This document shows, in pieces, positions 41,292 to 52,356 of a DNA stretch of 64,000 nucleotides; the stretch's first letter is position 1; every line of letters starts with the position of its first letter. The position numbers and the translations under genes are program-made. The notes under the pieces were generated by a model. That model saw only the letters and a list, made by a program, of their open reading frames with translations, was not told where the DNA came from and ran no database searches. This DNA comes from Takakia lepidozioides (Eukaryota; Plantae; Bryophyta): contig CM060734.1 of NCBI GenBank assembly GCA_030704615.1, forward strand, positions 41,912,001-41,976,000, in the 5' to 3' direction.

Positions 41292-44200
41292 TTCCCTTAG
41301 TTTTGCTATTGCTAAAAGGAAATTGGAGCACCAATTCTTGTATCAAGAGCAGTATGAAGCACACTGGAAGTTGTGTAGATGGCAATTTCCAGTTTGCAGA
41401 AGAGGAGGTGTGGGGTTCGTTTATGGGTTTAAGTAGGGGTTCTCCTCTATGGGCTTCATCTCTAACTTCTCTCGAGGTTCTCGTGGAGGTAATTTTGTCC
41501 TGCTGTCCGCCTAGGTTTAAAGCGTAGTTAGCTTTAATTGTTGGGCCCGTGCTTACCAAGAAGCATTTAGCTTCTGGTAACGGTTTTGAGTAGACCTCGC
41601 CCCTTTTCTGGATGTGCCTGATTTTCTTCCGTTGGTGTTTTCTTCGTGGTTCGTCTTGGATTGGACTGATGGTTGTTGATGATTGTCTGATTTCGGTTGG
41701 TTTACGTTCATCCATTTTGGTATGTGGTATGTTTTTAGATGAGCGGCGTGTGCGCAGTACTTGCAGATTGGTTTAATGGCTTTGCCCTTATCATCCGCCG
41801 TCTTTTGGCAATCCGTTGGATTGCGCCGTCGTTCTTTCTCCATGTTATGATCAATGGTTAGTGGTGTATGATTACCACGGTCGGTGGGGTCATCTGGAGC
41901 GTACATCTTGGAGTTTAACACAAGCAATGACTCGTTGGCTGCTTCGTATTCGTTCACGGTTCTGTAGGGCATATGTGTTGGCCACGGTTCATCATACGGT
42001 ATACGGGGTGGTAGTGCTATCCTCCAAATGAATGGTGGTCTAAACGTAGCGGTGCCCTGAACTCGTATTGCCATTTGTCTTAGTACATGCCGATTCACCG
42101 TGTCGTAATGAATGTAGTATGCATCTGCGGTTTCACGCTCCTCATCTACAGTTTGGTCTTCCTCGTTGGCGTATAAGTCATGTATAAGGGCTCTGTCATG
42201 TATCCTTTTGTAGCCTTTTAACTTGTTAATATTTATTCGTCCCACGAATTCTTGTTCCAAGGTCTGCAAATCGACAGTTCCATTGTCATGTACCCTTTTG
42301 ATTTGAAATGGTCCCATCCATGGCATAATTTTCCTCCCAGTTTGATCTTCTTGATTTTTGGTAATCATAAAACAAATTCCCCGTCCTGGAAAGATTTTTC
42401 TTTCCCTTCGGATATTCTTTTTCTTCGTTGTTCTTGAATTCATGCCATGTTATCTGTAGCGTCTGCCCGAACTTCTTCCAGATGAAATAACTCATGTTCC
42501 CTGACTCGTAGAGTTTCTTCTAAACCCCATCGTTCATGAGTTCCGGTTCGTAGTGTGGGTATCATGCATTCAATGGGTAATAGTGCCTCTGCTCCATACA
42601 CCAGTTGAAATGGTGTATGTTTCGTGGTCACCTTGTATGATGGCCTGAATGCCCATAGTGTTGTGTTCATTTTGATGTCCCAATCTGTACGATTGGCATT
42701 TACTATCTTGGTTAAGATAGTGCATAATATCTTGTTGATAGATTCGGCCTGGCCATTTCCTTGGGGATAGTAAGCAATGCTCTTGCAATGTACGATCATG
42801 AACTCCTCCGTCAAGCATTTTATGGCATCATTTATAAAATGTGATCCTTGATCACTGATGTATTCCAGTGGGAAACCAAATCATGTGATGATGTTTTCAT
42901 ATAAGAATTTGGCTGTCGACCTGGCAGTGTTGTCTCTTAGTGCCTTGGCCTCTACCCATTTGGTAGTGTAGTTAGTGACTGTGAGGATGTATTGGTTCTG
43001 TGTGTACCTTGCTGGAGGTTCAATGTGTCCCACGAAGTCTAGTCCCCAACGTTGAAATGGTTCTGTTGGTAGTATTGGGTGCATAATACCCTTCCCAGTT
43101 CATTCTATTGGTCCCATCCTCTGGCAAACATCACACTGTTGACAGTGTTCATAAGTGTCTCCAAATACAGTAGGCCACCAGTAACCTGCTAATAATATCT
43201 TCTTTACTGTCAGGTCAGAACTGAAGTGTCTTCCTTCAATTCCTTCGTGTAGCTCTTGCATCACTGTTTTGGCTTGTTCTTTGTTCACACATCTTCTCAT
43301 TATGGAGTCAACTCCTCTTTTGTACAGAATTCTCTTGATCACTGTGTATGGCTTGCTTTTCATTGAAAGCTTTCTCCTGTCATCTTTGGTGTATTCTTCA
43401 AGAAATTTTCCTGTGTTCAGATAATATTTGATTGGCCATTGCAATCGTCCGGATCTTGATCTTGATTCTGAATGTCTTTTGATTCTTCCTTGGTAACTGT
43501 ATAAGCTCCAATACTGATATTGGCCAATTCTTGATTATTTGGCTCTTCGTTTTCATTGTCATCTTCTTCTTCTAGATCTGGCTCTTCCTCAATAATAGGT
43601 CCTTCACCAAGAGGTTCATCTTCATCTGATGAGTCCTCTTCTTCATCAGTGTCAGCCATGAGCTTAAGAGAATCTGGGAGGTCATAATCTCCTTGAAACA
43701 CTCCCAGAGTGTCTAGAGGATCTGTCTCTTCATCTTGTGCTTCTGGTTGAACAACAAACAGAAATGCGTCGGGAAGTTGATCTTCTACTCCTGTGGCTGG
43801 TTCTCCTGTAGTAATTTTTGACAGATGATCTGCTATAACATGTAATCTTCCTAGTTTATGAACAACTTCAAAATCATACTCATGAAGAAGTAATAACCAT
43901 CGAGCAACCCTGCCACCAGCTAGTGGTCGATTTGCTAAATGAACTAGAGCCTGATGATCAACAATAAACTTAAGGTGATTGCCAAGTAAATAATGCCAAA
44001 ACTTTTGAACAGCATAAATCATTGCCAATGGGAGGTGTGGGAGGTGTAGTGCCGGAGGGATCCTCGGATTTGAGGGTCAAGACTGCCACGGCGGTACCAT
44101 GGCAAGCTGTAGCTGCCAGGTTGATGGAGCTGCCAGCTAGGCCAGCCATAGAGCGCGCCATGGTGACACCTGGAGTTGTCATGTTGGACAACCAGGATGG

Positions 44201-45875
44201 CATTCTCTGTTTGAGTGGATCGGCAGGCAAGAGGTACCGGCCACTGCGGGTTTTGTTGGACTCCGGAGCTCAGCCATTGATGTTGGGCAGAGTTGCTATT
44301 GCAGGCTTGGGCCTCACGGAGGCGGATATGGAGCCTTGTCCTTTCCAGATACACACGTCTCTGGGAGGATCAGAGCAAGCTCGGGGCATGACACGGCGTG
44401 AGTTGGCTATCAGACTACAGCCGGATCATCCTACAGATGGCTCAGTGATGAGAGCCAAGGCCATTGTGACAGACGCGGTCTCGTACAATGTCCTTGTTGG
44501 TGGGGTAGTGTTGTACCCCATGGGCTTCACCCTGGATTTGTGGGAGGAGTCAGCTTCCTATAGGCCTGCATGGCAATCAGGGGAGGGCCGGCGTGTGCAG
44601 CTCCCTGTGACGTTCATAGAAGGAGTTGCGGTTGCCCAGCGAGGCAAGATGTCGACACTAGCAGCATTCACCGGCAGTGAGTTGGCCTGGAGAGTTGCTT
44701 GAGGGCAACGCTCATTCAGAGGATGTGCCACCTCCGGGAGAGCAGGATGACATGTATGGTATGGCGAAGTTGCCTACCATGGTTGCTCAGACTCCATTGT
44801 GGGGCACGAGCAAGGATTTGCAGCGGGATGCTGATCGACGGGTGCAACAAGCCTGGGTGGAGGCTTTTGTACCGTCAGGAGAGGAGGAGAGTGCGGGGAT
44901 TGCACCAGGACCACCTCAGTTGTCTCCATTGGACACCACACCTATTGTGTGGCAGTATCCGGATGAAGGCATTTGTCTTCTGGACTTGTTTGGCGGGATC
45001 AGCACCGGATTGGCTGCTGTGTTACAGGCAGGTGTACGAGTTTGGCGTTACCTGTATGTGGAGAGGGATGAGACTACACGACGCATCGCACTCCGTCATA
45101 TTGCTTAGTTGGTGCAGCAGTACCCTGAGTTATCGCCGGTGTCTGCGGTTCGTGGATATCAGCAGGCCTTGCTAGCAGACATCTCTTTGTTGGGGGCGGA
45201 GGATTTGGAGCGGGTTGGCTTCATTGATTTGGTAGTGGCAGGTTGGCCCTGCCAAGGGTATTCATCAGCTGGGCATGACAAATGGATTGCGAGACTCGAG
45301 GTCAGGTCTGTTTTGGGAGATGGTGCGGGTTTTGCGCCACTTACAGCTTCATCAGGCTGTATCTCCAGCATACATCTTGGAGAATGTGCCACTGATGGGC
45401 GATTCTCGGGTCAGGGTGATGGCAAGTATGCATCAAGTCCGGTCGTGGCTTGGGTCAGCAGTGTTGCTGGATGCAGCTGCAGTGGGGTCACGGGCTCATC
45501 GTCCACGGTTATGGTGGACTAACTTGATTCCACCCGCACTGCTTAAGCGTGCATTTGATGGGGTGCAGCGGCCAGCACACCTAACAGTGGATAGCATTTT
45601 GGACACAAGGAGGCAGTCTCAGCGTGTGAGACATGATGACCGTTTGCCTTTGGCAGTGGTCAACAAATTGGGTCAACCACGAGCAGCACTACCTACACTG
45701 CTCAGCTTCCTAGGATCGCATGCTTTCCGGGATAATGGACCTGGCCTCCTGTGGGATGCTCAGTTGCAGCAATTAGTGGAGCCTAATGCTGACGAGCGAG
45801 AGCGGGCTATGGGTTTTTCCACTGGGACCACGGCGGTGCCTTCTCTTTCTGAGGCATCACGTCGTCAGGTGTTGG

Positions 45876-48800
45876 CCCGGGGGGTGCACTCCTCATTAAA
45901 TGTACCAGCCACGTGCGTGCACAGGAGGGGGTATTTTAAACCCCCCCATGTACAACATTATACATATAGAGGGAGGTTTAAAACACCTTAAATATAATTT
46001 TACAGGAGGGGGTTGTTGAGTTTTAAGGGATAGTGTAGTGGTAAGAATGGCGATTTCGCCGCGATGCATCCCGGGATCAAATCGTGGGATCGTTGTTTTG
46101 TTTGTTTTTTTTTTTTTTTTCGCTCCACGATCTTTCTCCCCTGATCTCCCGCGACTTTCTCTTTTCTTTCTCCTCCTCTCCCGCATTCGCCTTCCCTTCC
46201 GCGGGCTTTCTCTTTTCCCTCCTCTCCTCTCCCCTCCTCTCCACAGGGCATGGTAGGACAATGTGGTGAGGGCACTAGATTCCCAGTCATCAGAGGTAAT
46301 GAGCACATTAGGCCTATTTCCTTTCCTATAAATGATTGGCGTGACACATATTGCTAATGACGCTTCCGTGGGTTCCAGGGCTGAGCATCCTTTCAGGCCC
46401 TGGCCTGGAAATGAAGCCTGCCTGAGGCAAGTTTTTGCAAAAGATGGATTGTTTGCAATACTGGTAAGAATTTTGGAGAGTGGACCACCATAGAAGGCAT
46501 AGCTTTTTGTGCTGATGGAGTTTAGGGTTTGATTTGTGCAGCAGCTCTGCTGCTATCTTTTTTGCCAAGTGGCTGCCTGCGAGGGGTGGATGCCGCTTCG
46601 AGTTGCATAGGGTCCTGATTGCTGATATGGCGTTGGAAGGCACCTCTATTGCCCGCAACTTGCAAGTGATCACTGGGGGGGAGAGTTTGGGCCAAAGAAC
46701 GGAGATCTTGGGATTGAGCACTTGATTGTTGTTGTTGCACTGGAGGGAGACCCTGCCATTTGACCCTCTAGTTTGGCTGCCCAGTGGCAGCTTGGATGCT
46801 GGAGAAAGTTTTCTCTTTCCTGTTGGGCAATCCACCTTAATGTGGAGCATTTGGCTGCAGTTGAAGCAAACTGCTGAAGAGCAGTCTTCGATTAGACGCA
46901 CTGTGAAAAAATTTCCCTTATTGTCTGTAGGAAGTCTCACATACTCAGGCAGAATGTCCTGAGCTCCACTAGCTCCGCAATCTATCGACACCTGTTGTCT
47001 TTTGGTTTTCCATGAATCGCAGGTGCGCCCAACATCCTTTCTTTTGTGTCCAATGTCCATAGATAAATACATATGGCAGTTTCGCCGCTCCTCCGTATTC
47101 TTCCGTCACTGAGTGTAGCAAACGCATTTGTAGTTCAGTTATAACTGCTGCCCCCCATACATTCTTCCCTTCACTGCACGTGGTGCTCATGCTTGACGTT
47201 TCATGGGTATGTTCTCCAGTGCTCGTCGTGTATGTTCTACTTTCGCCGTTTAGGGTTGCATTTCCGCTTGTGAGATTTATCCTTGGTTGCCTTCTCGTTC
47301 TTCCCTTGTGTAATTAGGCTCTTCACCAGTCTGAAAATAATACCCTTCTGCCTTCAAATGCACCTTTTCTTTACATCTTTCAGATCGTGTTTGAACCATG
47401 TTGATTCGGGACAGGTCTCTCTCCTCATTCACCATATGTCGCAGCTCCTTGCCAACCAGCATCCCTCGGCAGATATTCCATGCTGCCATCATGTTGCTCC
47501 ACTTACTCGTATCTTTAGTTGTAGTGACAGTTGCTTGGTTCGCCGTTGTGTTTGCAGCCCGAACATCATCCCACACCTGCTCAGCTGCTCTTCTGCTTAC
47601 TGGGTACCCCTGTTCCCTTCTTGTGATCTCTAGCATATCCCAATTAGCAGTAAGTGACCTCCTTGTGCCTCCCTTCCTTTTGCACTTGCACCGTATTACC
47701 CTCCTTTCACATACAAGGACTATAGTTTCCTTCCCTTGCTTGTGTAATTGCTGATTTCTTCAAAAGAAAGTTGTTTCATTGCCCCTAAGCAACTCACTGT
47801 ATCATGCCTATTCTCCTCCTTATCATCCCTCGCCTTTTGGAAAATTCCAGCCATAATTGAAGGGCAATTGGTTGTTGTACTTAACTGCACGAATATTCCC
47901 CTTTCCGTTGGAATGAGCTGCACGTCCTTTCCATGCTGACATACCCTTTCTTCTTCCTGCAGGATCCTTTGCCCAACCCTGTTATTTCTATCATTTGTGC
48001 CATCCTCTTGGCGTTTCCACAGCCTCCCCTCATTGCCTTTGACCTCATGTATGTTTTCAATCATGTTTGAAGGGTGATCACTTGCTGCCATATGCATGAA
48101 TGTGTCCTTGACTGCTTCTCTTGTCTCAGTATGATGTTTAATTGTTGTCATGTCAGGCCGTGCTCAGTTGCACCGTGGTGTCTTCAAATGGATCAATTTT
48201 TCAGACACTTGCTTGCCAACTGAATGATGCAGGTTCACTTGGGAGAGTGCACTCCCCCTTTCCTCTCTGCTTCTGTTTGATGTTCAAAGGTAGGCTTCCT
48301 TCCCTTAGTTTAAATTTCAGTCTAGTGCCGAGAGTGGGTGGACCCTTGAGGTCATCCAAGATGTCCTCCCCCATGTCACTGACTAGAAACAAGTTCAGGG
48401 AGCATTAACACGCATATCCGAGTTCGAGGCGAATCCAAAAGGACCCAAGTTCTCTAGAGCTCACAAGAAACAAGAACACATATGGTAGGTATCCCCCTTG
48501 CTGATTTGTCCGACTTTTCTACTGTCCAATCGGATGATTGCATTGTGGACGCTTTGAAAACTGGATTTCTAGAAGCGCAACTTTTATGCCATAAACTTGG
48601 GATGAAACCAAACAAAGCAACATACATCACGGTAAGTCATGGTAACTTTTGGTAACTTGGTAACTTCTGGTATTTACTCCTGGTAAGTTCTTCTGGGCTA
48701 TGGATTGGTGGAATGAGCCATGGACAATTGAGAGACAAATGGAGGCGGAGCTATTCAAAAGCATGGAAGAGGAGGGTGATGATGTCGATGCCATAGATTC

Positions 48801-49863
48801 TATTTGTCCTCTTAATGCAGACACACATATTCAAAATGAGGTCGTGGAAGATGAATTGGTGTGCGGGCCTTCGAATTCAATGGAGGATGTTTTGAGCCAA
48901 CCTTTGGATGATCATGCGGAAGAGGTACTTGTTCAAAGTGAATTGAGACATACTCTGGATGCTGTCATTGATGAGTTTGAACAAGAGAAAGATGGATCGA
49001 AGGCAGTGGTTCCATTTGTCAAAGTAGACGGGAAGACCATATTCAAAAGCACTTTGGTTAGCCAACTCAATGGCAACCCTACTCTATCCAAGGATAGATT
49101 GACACGAGTAAGAAGTGCATCGATGTTGTTTTGTCGAGAAAACAAACCAACTACCAACAACAAAGCCACGAGCTTGGGATTGGGTTCGGATTGTGCTGTA
49201 TTTTTTGTTGATGGGGAGACTGCGATCCAAACTACAAACAGGAAAGGTAGACCAGGGAAAACCTGCAGAGGAGCAACCAAAGGCACTTGGTATTTGGGCA
49301 GGGTTCAAAGAATGCGGAAGAAAATCAATAAGCGGTTTGTAGAATGTAGGGATTCTGTTGATTTATTGGAGCGTCCTTCTCATATGGAGATTGGGTTAGC
49401 ATGGTACCAAAAAATTCGAGGAGGGGTCTATACGTACGATTTGACGGATAACATGATGGTTGATTTGGATTCCATTATCGCGTTAGCATGTTTAAAGTAC
49501 AATGTCAAGTCAAACACATATGTTCTTGATGCAAATGACCGAAAAGTCTTTGACAACTTTATCAAAGACAAATAATTTTTTTAATTAATTTGTTAGATTT
49601 TATTATGTTTTAAATGAATAAATTCGATATAATATAAAAACATACATATACATATTGGAGGGTTATTTTTAATGATGAAAAATGAGAATATACATACATA
49701 AGGGGGTACTTTCCAAAAATTGTAATTTTTTGTATATTTACACGAGGGGATTTTATAATCTTCAAAAAGTATGTACTGAGGGGGTATAAATTATCCAAGG
49801 ACCCGTATATTAGGCGACGAACGCATGTGATACGCACAGTTTATAAAGAGTGCACCCCCCGGG
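45876..49863 (+). mobile_element. Unclassified TIR DNA transposon, copy B, inserted in DNMT motif X
   Basis: Termini CCCGGGGGGTGCACT...AGTGCACCCCCCGGG with 8-bp TSD GGTGTTGG (45868-45875 and 49864-49871). Removing it restores the DNMT reading frame. Confidence 0.94.
48402..49575 (+). pseudogene. 3' part of the TIR element's ORF (putative transposase C-terminus; open stretch 48700-49575, 291 aa)
   Basis: Long ORF abutting the right arm in both copies. Upstream decayed coding sequence LTRISEFEANPKGPKFSRAHKKQEHIW. No catalytic DDE core is present, so the transposase call is positional. Confidence 0.55.
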
Positions 49864-50595
49864 GGTGTTGGGGCAAACAATTGATCTAAATTGCTTGACG
49901 TGGATTATCAGCTTGGCTATGGCTGAGCAACAAAGAGTGCGGAGTGCACTTCCCTTGACGGTCTCTCTGCCTACCGAGACGGTACAGGCAGTGAGTGGAG
50001 GCGAGCTGGTGAGGACCACAGGGTGTAGACATCCATGGCACACGTGGGAGGTGCTCGAGGTTCAGAGGGAGTTGGCAGCCAAGGCGGCTGTGATGGATGA
50101 GGTTGGGGATTCTTCTCGGGTTGAGGAGGTCCTCAAGGATGAGATGATGGGGCAGGATGAGGCCTTGTCATTGATTGAGCAGGTAGGGAGTACTGCTCAA
50201 GAGGTTGCGGCATAGCAACTACGGGACGCGTCCTCTACCTCTAAGTCTGCTGGACTTAAGGTTGCAGTTACGAAGGGCGATTGGGAGCCTGACATTGGAC
50301 CTATTGTCACTAGAGGAGAGAGACGACGTATACGGCGGTTCCTGAGGCTTACAGGAATTGCTTTGCCTCTCATGCTATGGTGGAGGAGCATGAGAGACAT
50401 GTTCAGGTTGTGCATCGACCGGGTTTGGTCATCAGGGATGCGGATGGATTGAGTCGCAATCCATGCACGAGCCAGCAAGATGACACTGGAGTTCGGTGGC
50501 ATGGTGAGACGGACGAGGAGATGGTGCCGGGATGGCATGCATCTGCCTTTTTGTGTATCTTGGCATCGGGAGGTTAGGTTGGACCTACAACAGGG

Positions 50596-52097
50596 ATGAC
50601 TGTAGACGGAGTGTCTGAGGACCCTGAGGCTAGTGATGAGCCAGGTGGTGCCAGAGATATATATGAGGATTCGGTTGTGTTGGACTACCTCCGCACTGGA
50701 GACACGACAGCTAGTGTGACTGCCAAGGAGAGGGATCGGATCCTACAACGAGCCAAGAGGTTCAAGTGGGAGGGGATACACATGCTTCGAGTGTGGGAGG
50801 ATCGGGTGAGGATCGTGCCTCACCCAACACAGCGTGCACGGTTAGTGCGGCATGCCCATGAGGAGTTGGGGCATTTTGGAGTGCGACGCACTCATAGTTT
50901 ACTGCAGGGGCAGTATTGGTGGCGTGGTATGCACACAGAGGTACAACAGTTCGTGGCTAGGTGCACGGTGTGTGACAGGGTGCGTGCTTCATTCAACGCC
51001 CCTACACCACAGTTGCATCCTTTACCCATCATGGGATTGGGCTACAGGTGGAGTCTTGACTTCGCAGGGCCTTTGCCACTGACGATGCGTCACCACAGAT
51101 ATGTGTTGGTGATGGTGGAGCACTTCTCCAAGTGGATTGAGTTGGTTCCATTGCCCGAGGCTAGTAAGGGGGCTACGTATGCATTCCTGGATCGTGTGCT
51201 TAGCCGATTCGGTGCTCCAGCTGAGGTACTCACGGACCAAGGGAGAGAGAGAGTTCTTGGGGGAGTTTCAGGCTTTGTGTGATAAAGCCTTGATAGACCA
51301 CCGTACCACTTCTCGGGATCATCCTGAGGCCAATGGCTTGGCAGAGAGGGTGGTGCAGACGGTGAAGAGGGGTTTGCGCAAGTATGGCTTGCAAAAATGA
51401 CACCTAGGAGATTGGGATCTTCAGGTACCTTGGCTAGCCATGGGCTACAGGTTTAGCAAGCAAGCATCACTTGCCTCCTTCTCACCATATTTTCTTCTCT
51501 TTGGCCGAGAGCCAGATTTGCCTGCATCTATTCGCAGGGAGGCTGCAATAGTCCTCAACTGATGATCCGGATGTGTGGACACAAGCATGTGCCCAGCGGG
51601 CAAAGTTGTTCAAGAGAGTCATGCATATGGCTTTTGAGAATCTTGCTATTGCCCAACACCGAGACACATTGAGGTATGTCATTATACGTGGAGGGGGATA
51701 TCGGCCAGGTGTTCGGCGTTTCCACCCTGGGGACTATGTGTATCTGCAGCAAACAGCGCCTACGACCTTGGATATCACAGCAGGACGTGTGATTCTAAGG
51801 GTCAGGGAGGTGTTGCCTTCAGGAGTGTTGATTCTGGAGGGTCGAGATGGCATGGTATGGAAGGACTATGTGCGTAATTGTGCGCCATGTCACCTTCCAC
51901 ATGTGGATGAGAGGATAAATCCCAACCTTGCAGTGGTACCTGCAGGATTGCGTTGCATGCTATGTGGGCATGCTCGTGGTGCCGCCACTATGCTGGTGTA
52001 TGATCGATGGTCGAGAGGTTGGCACATGGGATGCTTGACACCACCTCTTGAGAGGGTTCCTGATGGAGATTGGTTATGTCCACATTGCTTGGGATAG
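50596..52097 (+). pseudogene. Gypsy integrase with C-terminal PHD finger (frameshifted)
   Basis: HHCC zinc finger and DDE core, then CMLC..(Y)DR(W)..WHMGCLTPPLERVPDGDWLCPHC at ~51954-52089, a C4HC3 pattern with two Cys mutated. Confidence 0.88.
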
Positions 52098-52356
52098 TGG
52101 CAGTGGATATGACTAATGGCAGCTCACAAGACATGGGAGGCCAAGCTCATAGGAGTCAATACCCAAGATCTCAGGCTCAAGTTCACAGGTTGCAAGACGG
52201 CGACTAACGATGGGGCAACTCTTGTACCCGGCCTCTTGATCTATTGAGTTTGAGTGTAGTAGGGACAGTGGTGGAGGAATTAGTGAGGCTATGACCACTA
52301 TCACATCTTGTGGCTACCTGAACTTAAAGGGACCTAAGCGCCAGCTAGGGGGCGAT

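Larger units (their letters stand above)
38424..44028 (-). mobile_element. 5'-truncated Ty3/Gypsy LTR retrotransposon (RNase H end, integrase, extra 3' ORF, PPT, LTR)
   Basis: IVDHQAL..VARWLLLLHEYDF..HVIADHLS; integrase [52 protein letters not shown]. Multiple frameshifts and stops. Confidence 0.92.
44971..49950 (+). pseudogene. Retrotransposon-borne DNA (cytosine-5) methyltransferase, DNMT3-like; segments 44971-45875 and 49872-~49950
   Basis: I LLDLFGGISTG; II YLYVERD; IV DLVVAGWPCQG; V GLRDSRSGLFWEM; VI YILENV; VIII DAAAVGSRAHRPRLWWTNL; IX ERERAMGF; X RRQVL|GQTIDLNCL, rejoined across the insertion. One stop (45106-45108) and one frameshift (~45280). Confidence 0.92.

Noticed and set aside
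31208-49863. One 18.6-kb giant element bounded by long inverted repeats
   Set aside because: The outer flanks (TCTGAAAT and GGTGTTGG) differ, and each inner unit has its own matching TSD, so these are two separate insertions in opposite orientation.
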